From: Candidatus Saccharimonadota bacterium
GTDB taxonomy: Bacteria; Patescibacteriota; Saccharimonadia; Saccharimonadales; Saccharimonadaceae
DNA length: 64,000 nt
Direction of reading: 5' to 3'
Assembly (NCBI GenBank): GCA_017513185.1
Contig: JAFXGL010000008.1
Coordinates: 97,323 to 161,322 of the forward strand
The position numbers were made by a program, and so were the translations under genes. The stretch's first letter is position 1; each line of letters starts with the position of its first letter. Below, one piece after another: positions 16,454 to 24,669 of the stretch. The notes under the pieces were generated by a model. The model had not been told where the DNA came from, did not search any database, and saw nothing but the letters and a program-made list of their open reading frames with translations.

Positions 16454-18334
16454 ATGAATGCAAGCGAAATCCGTCAAAAATTTTTAGAATTCCAAGAATC
16501 TAAAGGCCACAAGGTCATCGCCCCGGCCCCCCTCGTGCTAGAAAACGACCCAACCACCCTCTTTACCGGCTCTGGTATGCAGCCGCTCCTGCGCTATCTC
16601 CTTGGCGAAAAGCACCCTGACGGTACTCGCCTTTCTGATTCGCAACCCTGCCTTCGCCTGCAAGACATCGAAGACGTGGGCGACCCGCGTCACACCACGG
16701 TTTTCGAAATGCTCGGCAACTGGTCGCTCGGCGACTATTTCAAAAAAGAGCAAATCGAAAATTATTTTGAATTTTTGACCCAGGTCATCGGCCTAGACCC
16801 GGAAAAGATTTTCGTCACCTGCTTTATTGGCTCCGAAAAATACGGCATCCCTAAAGACGAAGAAGCCGCCAAGATTTGGCAAGGCGTTTTTGAAAAAGCC
16901 GGCGTTGAAGCCAAGATTGTCGACCTCGACACCGCCGAAAACGGCGACAAACGGGGAATTAAGCCCGGCGAGCGCATCTTCTTCTACAACGACAAAGAAA
17001 ACTGGTGGTCTCGTGGCGGCGGTATCGAAACCACGCCTATCGGCGACCCTTGCGGCCCCGATAGTGAAGTCTTCTACGATTTTGGCGAAGACAAACAAGA
17101 TGTCGAAAAATACGGGAAGTCTCACCCTGCCAGCGACGGCGCCCGCTTCATGGAAATCGGCAACCAGGTCTTTATGCAATATCGTCGCAACGAAGACGGC
17201 ACTTTCTCCGAACTAGAGCATAAAAACGTCGACTTTGGCGGTGGTCTCGAGCGCCTTTGTGCTGCGCAGATGGGCAGCTTTGACGTCTTTAAAATCTCCC
17301 TTATGCAGCCCATCATCGAAAAGCTTGAACAGCTTTCTGGCAAGTCTTACGACAACAATACTGACGAAATGCGCATTATCTGCGACCACCTTCGCGGCGC
17401 TTACCTACTTGCCGCCCAGGGCCTCGCCCCTTCCAACAAAGCCCAAGGCTACGCCTTGCGTCGCCTGATTCGTCGCGCTATTTTGAAGGCACTTGACCTC
17501 GGCATCGCCCAGGACTTTCTCCGCGAAACCATTTCGCCAATCGAAGACGAATATAAATCTCTCCCCGACAGCATCCTCACCAACCGCGAACACGCGCTGG
17601 AAATTCTCGAAAAAGAAGAGCGTGCCTTCCGCCAAACTCTAAACAAGGGTCTAAAAGAGCTCGAAAAAATCGTCAGAAAACAAGAAATCATCACCGGTCA
17701 AGACATCTTCAAACTTCAAGATACCTATGGCTTCCCCTACGAAATCTCCATTGAAGAAATCTTCCGCCAAAATCTCAAACTCTCCGAGCATTACAAAGAC
17801 GAATTTGACCAGGCTCTTGCCGAACAGCGCGAACGCAGTAAGACTGCTAGCAAAGGCATGTTTAAAGGTGGCCTAGAAGACCACGGTGAACAAACCACCA
17901 AATACCACACCGCCACTCACCTCTGCCTCGCCGCTCTCCAAAAACACGTGAGCCGCGACATTTGCCAAAAAGGCAGTAATATCACCGCTGACCGCATGCG
18001 CTTCGACTTCAACTGTGACCACAAGCTCGCGCCCGAAGAAATCAAGACCGTCGAAGACCAAGTGAACGGCTGGATCAAGGCTGACCTCCCCGTCATCTTC
18101 GCCGAATACGACAAGGCCTACGCCCGCGACACTTTGAAAGCCCACGGTCAATTTTGGGATAAATATCCTGACAAGCTCAAAGTTTACACCATTGGCGACG
18201 AGAAAAATCCCGTCTCGCGCGAAGTTTGCGGCGGCCCCCACGTCGAACACACTGGCGTCCTTGGCCACTTCAAGATTCAAAAGGAAGAATCCAGCTCTGC
18301 TGGCGTACGCCGCATCAAAGCCGTCCTCGAGTAA
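16454..18334 (+). CDS. alaS: Alanine--tRNA ligase, short form (626 aa; appears to lack the C-Ala domain)
   Basis: Class II AlaRS N-terminus (FLEFQESKGHKVIAPAPLV, FTGSGMQP) and editing-domain motifs HTATHL and CGGPHV near the C-terminus. Confidence 0.9.
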   Translation: MNASEIRQKFLEFQESKGHKVIAPAPLVLENDPTTLFTGSGMQPLLRYLLGEKHPDGTRLSDSQPCLRLQDIEDVGDPRHTTVFEMLGNWSLGDYFKKEQIENYFEFLTQVIGLDPEKIFVTCFIGSEKYGIPKDEEAAKIWQGVFEKAGVEAKIVDLDTAENGDKRGIKPGERIFFYNDKENWWSRGGGIETTPIGDPCGPDSEVFYDFGEDKQDVEKYGKSHPASDGARFMEIGNQVFMQYRRNEDGTFSELEHKNVDFGGGLERLCAAQMGSFDVFKISLMQPIIEKLEQLSGKSYDNNTDEMRIICDHLRGAYLLAAQGLAPSNKAQGYALRRLIRRAILKALDLGIAQDFLRETISPIEDEYKSLPDSILTNREHALEILEKEERAFRQTLNKGLKELEKIVRKQEIITGQDIFKLQDTYGFPYEISIEEIFRQNLKLSEHYKDEFDQALAEQRERSKTASKGMFKGGLEDHGEQTTKYHTATHLCLAALQKHVSRDICQKGSNITADRMRFDFNCDHKLAPEEIKTVEDQVNGWIKADLPVIFAEYDKAYARDTLKAHGQFWDKYPDKLKVYTIGDEKNPVSREVCGGPHVEHTGVLGHFKIQKEESSSAGVRRIKAVLE

Positions 18335-18357
18335 TCTATTGTATTTCTAAAAGCTCG

Positions 18358-18366
18358 TGCTATAAT
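18358..18366 (+). promoter_or_regulatory. Extended -10 (TGCTATAAT) 6 nt upstream of the ATG at 18373
   Basis: Read directly from the sequence. Confidence 0.55.
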
Positions 18367-18372
18367 AACAGC

Positions 18373-19701
18373 ATGAGCTTTTTAAACCTACCAAAGCTTC
18401 CCGACAGCTCGTCTAATTCCGAATCAAACTCAACCCTTCTCGCCCTCGACATTGGGTCGAGTTTTGTTAAATGTATTCTCGCCCAGCCCGTCGACCCCAA
18501 CAAGTCCAACAAGCCTATCAAGTTTAAAAAGACCCTTCCTTCTGGCAAACTTCAAATCCTCGGCTTTGCCAAGACCCCACAGTCTCCCGGCAACATGTCC
18601 GGTGGCGGCATCACTAACATCCCCGCCGTCGTGGATGCCTGCGAAAAGGTCCTCACCGAGCTAGAAAGCAAAACCGGCGAGCGCGCCAAATCTGCCGTGG
18701 TTGGCATCTCTGGCGAACTCGTCAAGAGCAAGACTTCTACCATCCGTTATCGTCGCGACACGCCGAACAAGCCCATTACCGAGCCGGAGCTTCGCGAACT
18801 GCTCGACAAAATCGAACGACGCAACCTCGACAAACTTAAGACCGAAGTCTCCCTAGAGACTGACAACCCCGACGCCAAACTCAGCCTCATCAACTCTTCC
18901 GTCGTCTCCATTTCTATCGACGGTTACCGCATCAACAACCCCGTTGGCTTTAAAGGCGCCGAAGTTTTGATAGAATATTACACTGCCTTTGCGCCATCCG
19001 TCGCCGTCTCCGCCATCGAAAAAGTCTGCGCCGAGCTAGAACTCGACCTCCTTACGGTGGTTGTAGAGCCATTTGCGATTTGCCGTGCCTGCCTCGGTGA
19101 CGATACCGATGCCGATTTTTCGGCTATACTCGTGGACGTAGGTGCTAGCAGTACCGGCGTCGCCGTCGTCGACTCTGGTGACATTTGTGGTACCAAAATG
19201 TTTAACATCGGCGGCCTGTCCTTCACTCGTCAAATCGCCGAGTCGCTCGGCGTCACACCCAAAAAAGCCGAGCTCATTAAGCTTCATCTCGACGACGATT
19301 CTAAACTTTCCGACGCACTCATTGCCAAAGCTACCGCCGCCGTTGATCGTTCGCTTTTTGTTTGGCAGGCTGGTATCGAAATGGCTCTCGACGAGTTTAA
19401 AAACCTCGAGCCTCTGCCCCCTGACCTCTTCCTTTCTGGTGGTAGTAGCCAGCTTCTCCCGCTAGCAGAAAATCTCGCTCTTTCCAGCTGGTACGAATCG
19501 CTACCTTTTGCCAAACGTCCACTTATTCACGTACTCGACCCGCTCGCACTGCCTGACTTCATCTTCCCGGGCGGCACCGAAAAACTCGACGCTTCCTTTG
19601 TGGTTGCACTAGGGCTACTTCGCGTCGCTGTCGACACCCTGCTGGCCTCGCCAGACAAATCCGGCCTCCGCGCCAAACTCTCTAAACTTTTATCTCACTA
19701 A
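18373..19701 (+). CDS. Actin-like ATPase of the FtsA/PilM family
   Basis: LLALDIGSSFVKC, GISGELVKS, VEPFAICRA and ILVDVGASSTGVAVV motifs. The start is set at 18373; the track ORF start at 18226 overlaps alaS. Confidence 0.65.
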   Translation: MSFLNLPKLPDSSSNSESNSTLLALDIGSSFVKCILAQPVDPNKSNKPIKFKKTLPSGKLQILGFAKTPQSPGNMSGGGITNIPAVVDACEKVLTELESKTGERAKSAVVGISGELVKSKTSTIRYRRDTPNKPITEPELRELLDKIERRNLDKLKTEVSLETDNPDAKLSLINSSVVSISIDGYRINNPVGFKGAEVLIEYYTAFAPSVAVSAIEKVCAELELDLLTVVVEPFAICRACLGDDTDADFSAILVDVGASSTGVAVVDSGDICGTKMFNIGGLSFTRQIAESLGVTPKKAELIKLHLDDDSKLSDALIAKATAAVDRSLFVWQAGIEMALDEFKNLEPLPPDLFLSGGSSQLLPLAENLALSSWYESLPFAKRPLIHVLDPLALPDFIFPGGTEKLDASFVVALGLLRVAVDTLLASPDKSGLRAKLSKLLSH

Positions 19702-20395
19702 TTTTGCCAGGCTTCAAATCGCCAAGAGTATAGTTGCCAAAACTTATTCTATGCAACGCTCGCACTTCATAACCGAGCGCATTGAAGGTACGCCGAATCT
19801 GACGATTGCGCCCCTCGTGCATTTCTACTTCAAAACCTTTACGGTCGCTCTCACGTAGTCGCGTTAAACTTAATCTCGACACGCCATCTTCTAGCTGTAC
19901 GCCAAAATCGCTAATCATTTGCTGGTGCAGTGGCTCCAAATCGCGGTTTAGCTCCACATGATAAATCTTCGTCTTGGCAAACTTCGGGTGCGTCATCTGA
20001 TAAGCAAAATCACCATCATTGGTAAATAGAATCAAACCTGAAGAATCTTTGTCTAGCCGCCCTACGGTCTTGAGTTTCTGATATTTCTCGGGCAGTAATT
20101 CATAAACCGTCGGCGTCTCGCCCTGTCGCTTCCGCGAGCAGACGTAACTCACCGGCTTGTTCATCATAATATATAAATAATCATTCTCAAACGCCACTTC
20201 TTCATCGCCAAGTCTCACGCGCGAAGAAGCGTCAATTCGCGTGCCAAGCACTGCCGGCTGGTCATTCACAAAAACCTTACCACCGGCAATCAAATCGTCG
20301 GCTTCGCGACGAGAAATCCCTAGCCTCTCGGCGAGAAATTTATTGAGCCGGAGCTGCTGGAGCGGCTGGGGCTGCTGGTTGGGCTGGCTGGGCAT
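19682..20395 (-). CDS. Pseudouridine synthase, RsuA/RluB family (S4 domain plus catalytic domain)
   Basis: LNKFLAERLGISRREADDLI (S4) and VGRLDKDSSGLILFTNDG (catalytic Asp). The exact start is uncertain because the first 56 nt overlap the response-regulator tail. Confidence 0.8.
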   Translation of the reverse strand: MPSQPNQQPQPLQQLRLNKFLAERLGISRREADDLIAGGKVFVNDQPAVLGTRIDASSRVRLGDEEVAFENDYLYIMMNKPVSYVCSRKRQGETPTVYELLPEKYQKLKTVGRLDKDSSGLILFTNDGDFAYQMTHPKFAKTKIYHVELNRDLEPLHQQMISDFGVQLEDGVSRLSLTRLRESDRKGFEVEMHEGRNRQIRRTFNALGYEVRALHRISFGNYTLGDLKPGKISEIKV

Positions 20396-21092
20396 TAATG
20401 TCTCCTTGTGGTGCTACGGGTACAGGCGGTACTGGAGCTGGTGCGGGCTGAGCGGGAGCTACTGGTGCCGGAGCTGACATTTCGGGGGCTGGAGCCGCTG
20501 GCTGTGGAGCTACAGTGGCCACTGGTGCTTCCGGAGCTGGTGCCGGAGCCACGGGCTGCGCTGGAACTTCGGGTGCGGGTACGGCAGGAGCAGGCTGTGC
20601 TGGAGCTGCCGGTGCAGGAGCCGGAGCTGGTTCATCCGGTGCCGCTACGGGTTGCGGAATCGCCATCTGCTGGTCGGCCGGGATGGCCGGCGGAGTCGGC
20701 TGAGCCGGCATTGGTGCGCCAGCTGCGCCACCGAGCACTTCGTGTACAGCAGCAATCACATCTTCAATCCCCACTTGGCTCTTCACTAGGTACTTATCTG
20801 CGCCGAGATTTTCGCCACGTTTACGTTGGTCATCGGACGACAAGGCGGTCATCATGATTACCTTAATATCTTTTGTTTCGGGCGTGGAACGTAGAATATC
20901 GAGCATATCAAACCCAGAAATCTTCGGCATCATCACGTCAGAAATCACTAGGTCAGGACGTTCCTTCACGGCAATTGCGAGCGCTTCCTCGCCGTCTCCG
21001 GCCGAGCAAACTTCGTAGCCTTCTGCAGTCAGACGAATCGAATAAATTTCGCGTAAGCTCTGATCGTCCTCAACTACCATAATTTTAGTCAT
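20340..21092 (-). CDS. Single-domain response regulator (REC) with an approx. 130-aa Pro/Ala-rich C-terminal tail and no output domain
   Basis: IMVVEDD, phospho-acceptor context LVISDVMMP, and KYLVKS. The remainder is APAPAQP-type low complexity. A GGAGG Shine-Dalgarno lies upstream. Confidence 0.8.
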   Translation of the reverse strand: MTKIMVVEDDQSLREIYSIRLTAEGYEVCSAGDGEEALAIAVKERPDLVISDVMMPKISGFDMLDILRSTPETKDIKVIMMTALSSDDQRKRGENLGADKYLVKSQVGIEDVIAAVHEVLGGAAGAPMPAQPTPPAIPADQQMAIPQPVAAPDEPAPAPAPAAPAQPAPAVPAPEVPAQPVAPAPAPEAPVATVAPQPAAPAPEMSAPAPVAPAQPAPAPVPPVPVAPQGDINAQPAQPAAPAAPAAPAQ

Positions 21093-21111
21093 AACTTTTC
21101 CTCCATTTCCT

Positions 21112-22842
21112 TTATTGTATTATATTTTGATTGTTTTGAATAGGTGGAGCGGCGAATTCGCCCATCATTGAATTAGGAACTACCATCGGCGTGGGTTGCG
21201 GAGCCGGAGCTGGCTGCGGGGCGGCCACTGGTTGCTGCGGCATCGTGGTGGCAACCGGAGCTTGAGGCTGCACGGGTGCCTGTGGCGCCTGTGTGAGCGG
21301 CTGCAAAGTCGGCGCTACGCCCATCGTCGGCATGGCAGGTTGTGGATAGACTGGAGTTTGCACTTGTTGCATCATCGGAGTTGGCGCTACGGGCTGTGCT
21401 GGCACCGGCTGTGGAGCGGCTACCGGTGTTGGCGCGGGTGTCGCTACTGGTGCCGGAGCAGGCGCTGGCGCAGGCGCTGGCGTCGCCGCCGCTAATACCG
21501 ACGGGTCAAAACTCGGCGCAGTATTGAACGTCGGCGCACCCACTGTGGTCTGCGTGGCGTTCTTGGTCATATCTTGCTCAGCAAAGGCTTGCACGGCTTT
21601 TTGGTTTTGCTCAGCAATTTGGCGTTTTTCAAACTCTTCGGCGGTTAACCGTGGCAGGGAAACATAGAATGTCGAACCTTCGCCAAAAGCACTCTCAGCC
21701 CATACACGCCCAGCCATCGCTTCCACGCGCGCTTTTACGAGATAAAGCCCTAGGCCGGTCCCGCCCACCGTGCGCGTCTGCGAATTGTCCGCGCGGTAAA
21801 ACTTTTGGAAAATATGTTGCAAATCTTCGGCCGCAATCCCGATGCCGGTATCAGTCACGTTAATTAGCGCCCTATCGCCATCTCCCTGCACGTTCACCCA
21901 TACTGCCCCGCCTTCTGGTGTATATTTGATGGCGTTTTCTATCAAGTTTGCTAAAATCTCGCCTAAGAAATCTACATCGGCAAAGGTATACACTACCTGC
22001 TCAATCGACTTGCCGCCAGCAAAACGCTGGCTCTTCATAGAATCGGCACCAAAGCTATAGTTAAGATTTTTCTCCTTAAACTTCGGAATGTACTCGTCGG
22101 AAAACTTTTTCACGAAGCCAGTCAACTCCAGCGGCACCATGTGCGCATGAATGCGTTTGTCGTCCAGTTTCGTCACGTCGAGTAAATCGCGGAACAAATT
22201 CCCTAGGTGCTGCGAGGCGCTGTGTGCCGACTCCAAATATTGTCGCGCCCGTGCGTCAATCGTCGCCGTTTGCGGATTTAGCGCCAGCCCGAGATAGCCT
22301 TCAATCGAGGCCACCGGCGTACGCATTTCGTGCGAAGCGGTAGAAATAAACTCTGTCTGCGCCCCCTCTTCTTCTAGCTCTTTCGCGATGTTGCGGAAGG
22401 TGATAATCCGGTCGCTCCGCCCATCGCCAGACGGCGTCATGCTTAGTGCGATCGGAGTCTTTTTGTCGGCTTGCTTAGAAACTAGCACAAACTCACGCGA
22501 CTCAAAGGCTTGATTGGTCTTGATGGCGTTTAGAAATTCGTTGTTGTTTTCGTCGACACGGCTACCATCGGTCTTTTCAAACTTCATCACTAGGGCATAG
22601 TCAAGATTTACGGCATTTTCGGCTCTCTCACAGCCGGTCATTTCTACGGCTGCCGGGTTGATATACTTTATCACTCCGTCTTTGTTGACAATCAAAATCC
22701 CATCCTGGATGGTCTCCAAGGCAAGCACTGCCAACTTACCAGCATCTACGGGCGTTGCTGGCGCAGCAGCTTGAGTTGGGTTGGCTGCCGCCGAGGCTAG
22801 TGGCTGAGTAGTAGTCTTCTTACCAAAATTAAAAATGCCCAC
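21112..22842 (-). CDS. Cytoplasmic PAS sensor histidine kinase with an approx. 150-aa Pro/Ala/Gln-rich C-terminal tail
   Basis: PAS-like DGILIVNKDGVIKYINPAA, H-box STASHEMRTPV, N-box NLIENAIKYTP, G-boxes DTGIGI and GGTGLGLYL. No TM helix. GTG start. Confidence 0.85.
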   Translation of the reverse strand: MGIFNFGKKTTTQPLASAAANPTQAAAPATPVDAGKLAVLALETIQDGILIVNKDGVIKYINPAAVEMTGCERAENAVNLDYALVMKFEKTDGSRVDENNNEFLNAIKTNQAFESREFVLVSKQADKKTPIALSMTPSGDGRSDRIITFRNIAKELEEEGAQTEFISTASHEMRTPVASIEGYLGLALNPQTATIDARARQYLESAHSASQHLGNLFRDLLDVTKLDDKRIHAHMVPLELTGFVKKFSDEYIPKFKEKNLNYSFGADSMKSQRFAGGKSIEQVVYTFADVDFLGEILANLIENAIKYTPEGGAVWVNVQGDGDRALINVTDTGIGIAAEDLQHIFQKFYRADNSQTRTVGGTGLGLYLVKARVEAMAGRVWAESAFGEGSTFYVSLPRLTAEEFEKRQIAEQNQKAVQAFAEQDMTKNATQTTVGAPTFNTAPSFDPSVLAAATPAPAPAPAPAPVATPAPTPVAAPQPVPAQPVAPTPMMQQVQTPVYPQPAMPTMGVAPTLQPLTQAPQAPVQPQAPVATTMPQQPVAAPQPAPAPQPTPMVVPNSMMGEFAAPPIQNNQNIIQ

Positions 22843-22848
22843 ACATTT

Positions 22849-22857
22849 ATTTTAACA
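22849..22857 (-). promoter_or_regulatory. Extended -10 (TGTTAAAAT on minus strand) 6 nt upstream of the kinase GTG start
   Basis: The plus strand reads ATTTTAACA at 22849-22857. Confidence 0.4.
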
Positions 22858-22873
22858 CAAGCTTTAAAAAATG

Positions 22874-22882
22874 TGCTATTAT
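22874..22882 (+). promoter_or_regulatory. Extended -10-like element (TGCTATTAT) 8 nt upstream of the ATG at 22891
   Basis: Read directly from the sequence. Confidence 0.45.
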
Positions 22883-22890
22883 TTTTATAT

Positions 22891-24648
22891 ATGAACAAAG
22901 AAACTATTTATATCGAACCGAGTGACGATATTACGGACATTCTTACGAAGCTCAAAGCGTCCGAGAAAAAAATAGTCGCTCTTGTTCCACCCAAAAAGCC
23001 GACCGTACTTTTGAGCTCGGTCAATATTAAGTTAATTGCTCGCACCGCCAAGGCCGAGAAAAAGGCCGTGGTCGTTATTTCTACCGACGACTCACTGACG
23101 AAGCTCGCCATGGCTGCCAATCTCCCAGTTGCTCCGTCTCTCAAGTCTCGCCCAGTCATGCCCGAAGATGCCGCCAAAGAAGAAGCTAAGCCCGAGCCAG
23201 AAAAGGCCGAAGAAAAAGACGAGGAAGAAGAAAAAGACGCCGGAGAAGAGGAAGAAGAGAAGGAAGACACGGAAGAAGATGAGGATGTAGAAGAAGAAAA
23301 AGAAGATGAGGATGACGACGAGGAGGATGAAGATGCCGAAGAAGACGACGCAGAAGACGATGCAGAGGAAGAAAAGCCCAAAAAAGCCAAGAAAGAAAAG
23401 CCAGCCAAAAAAGAAAAGAAGGAAAAAGAAGAGAAAGAAGAAAAAGAATACAGCAACGCCTTTACGGCCTTTGTCGGCACGCACAAACTTCTTGTTATCG
23501 GCGGCGCCGTCGCGCTCGTCGGCATTGCCGTCTTCCTATTCTGGGCCTTTACCATCGCTCCGCGCGTCGACGTCGCTGTCTCTGTCCGCACCACGTCTGC
23601 CAACTTTTCCGAGAACGTCAGCTTCACTACCAAAGCCGAGAACGAAAAAGTCGACAACGGCACCTTCTTCCTGCACGAAGAAAAGCTAGAAAAAGACCAA
23701 ACCGTCAAATTTACCGCTACCGGCAAAAAAGACATGGGCGACCCTGCCTCTGGCGCTGTCATTGCTTACTATCAAAGCAAAGAAAACTTCACGTTTAGCT
23801 TTGCTGCTGGTTCAAAATTCGTCTATAAAGGTTTTGAATACACTGCTACTGAAGGCGCCGTGCTTGCCTGGGACGGAGAAAACGACATGGGCTGCGAAAA
23901 TGGCAGCTCCATCTCCAAAGGCTGCCTAAAGTCCGTCAAAATCCCCGTGAAAGCCGTCGCCGCAGGTGAAGATTACAACATCTCCGGCCAACAAAGTGGC
24001 TGGTCTTCCAACGATTTCCCCGCCGTCTCCGTCTATAATGCTGAAGATATCGCTGGCGGCACCTCCCGTATCGTCACCGTCGTCCAGCAGTCCGACGTCG
24101 ACCTTGCTCTCGACAAAATGAAGAGCGAAGCCATCGGCGACGCCAAGAACGAGCTCTATGGCAAGCTCTCCGACACCGTTATGCCGATAGATGCCAGCTA
24201 CAAAGTCTCCGCTAGCGACCCCCAGTCTACGCCCGGCGTCGGCGAAGAGGTTAAGGATGGTGTCACTCCGCAAATCTCCACCAAGACCACCTACACCGTC
24301 TACTCAGTAGATCGCGTCCGCATCGAAGAATTCATCAAGGCCAAAGCTAGCATTGAAGAAGGCCGCCGCCTTTACTCTATCGGCGAGCCATTCGTGGAAT
24401 ACTTCGCCGAAGGTAGCGACAGCACCTACAGTGCCAAGCTCAAGACCACCTACAAGGCTGGTCCAGAAATCAGCGAAACCGAAATTCTCGACAAAATCCG
24501 TGGCGAAAAAATCGGCCGCATTGAGCCTATCCTGAAAGATGCTTTCTCTGGAATCTCCAGCGTCAAGACCACCAAGTCTTACTTCTGGGTCAATTCCATC
24601 CCGAGCGACGAGAACAAAGTCAAAATCGAACTAACTGTCGAAGAATAA
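22891..24648 (+). CDS. Hypothetical bitopic membrane protein with a long acidic (E/D/K) tract
   Basis: N-terminal domain, then about 110 aa of E/D/K low complexity, TM helix LLVIGGAVALVGIAVFLFWAFTI, then about 370 aa extracytoplasmic. Confidence 0.6.
   Translation: MNKETIYIEPSDDITDILTKLKASEKKIVALVPPKKPTVLLSSVNIKLIARTAKAEKKAVVVISTDDSLTKLAMAANLPVAPSLKSRPVMPEDAAKEEAKPEPEKAEEKDEEEEKDAGEEEEEKEDTEEDEDVEEEKEDEDDDEEDEDAEEDDAEDDAEEEKPKKAKKEKPAKKEKKEKEEKEEKEYSNAFTAFVGTHKLLVIGGAVALVGIAVFLFWAFTIAPRVDVAVSVRTTSANFSENVSFTTKAENEKVDNGTFFLHEEKLEKDQTVKFTATGKKDMGDPASGAVIAYYQSKENFTFSFAAGSKFVYKGFEYTATEGAVLAWDGENDMGCENGSSISKGCLKSVKIPVKAVAAGEDYNISGQQSGWSSNDFPAVSVYNAEDIAGGTSRIVTVVQQSDVDLALDKMKSEAIGDAKNELYGKLSDTVMPIDASYKVSASDPQSTPGVGEEVKDGVTPQISTKTTYTVYSVDRVRIEEFIKAKASIEEGRRLYSIGEPFVEYFAEGSDSTYSAKLKTTYKAGPEISETEILDKIRGEKIGRIEPILKDAFSGISSVKTTKSYFWVNSIPSDENKVKIELTVEE
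23165..23450 (+). repeat. Low-complexity GAA/GAG/GAC/AAA-rich coding tract (acidic linker)
   Basis: Translates to EDAAKEEAKPEPEKAEEKDEEEEKD...EKEEKEEKEY. Confidence 0.8.
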
Positions 24649-24669
24649 TTTAAAGTTACTGGAGGTGTT

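Noticed and set aside
18226-18372. A long N-terminal extension of the ftsA-like ORF overlapping alaS. Similar extensions affect uvrB (33507), trmD (53689), tatD (to 16477) and the 35682 start.
   Set aside because: The extensions overlap upstream genes or intergenic promoters and have no similarity to the protein families. An internal ATG with a -10 box or Shine-Dalgarno at the proper distance gives the canonical N-terminus.
20408-20857. Plus-strand ORFs (149 aa, 62 aa, and others at 21196-21527) opposite the Pro/Ala tails of the regulator and kinase.
   Set aside because: GC-rich repeat DNA is open in several frames, and the REC and kinase domains fix the real frame on the minus strand.
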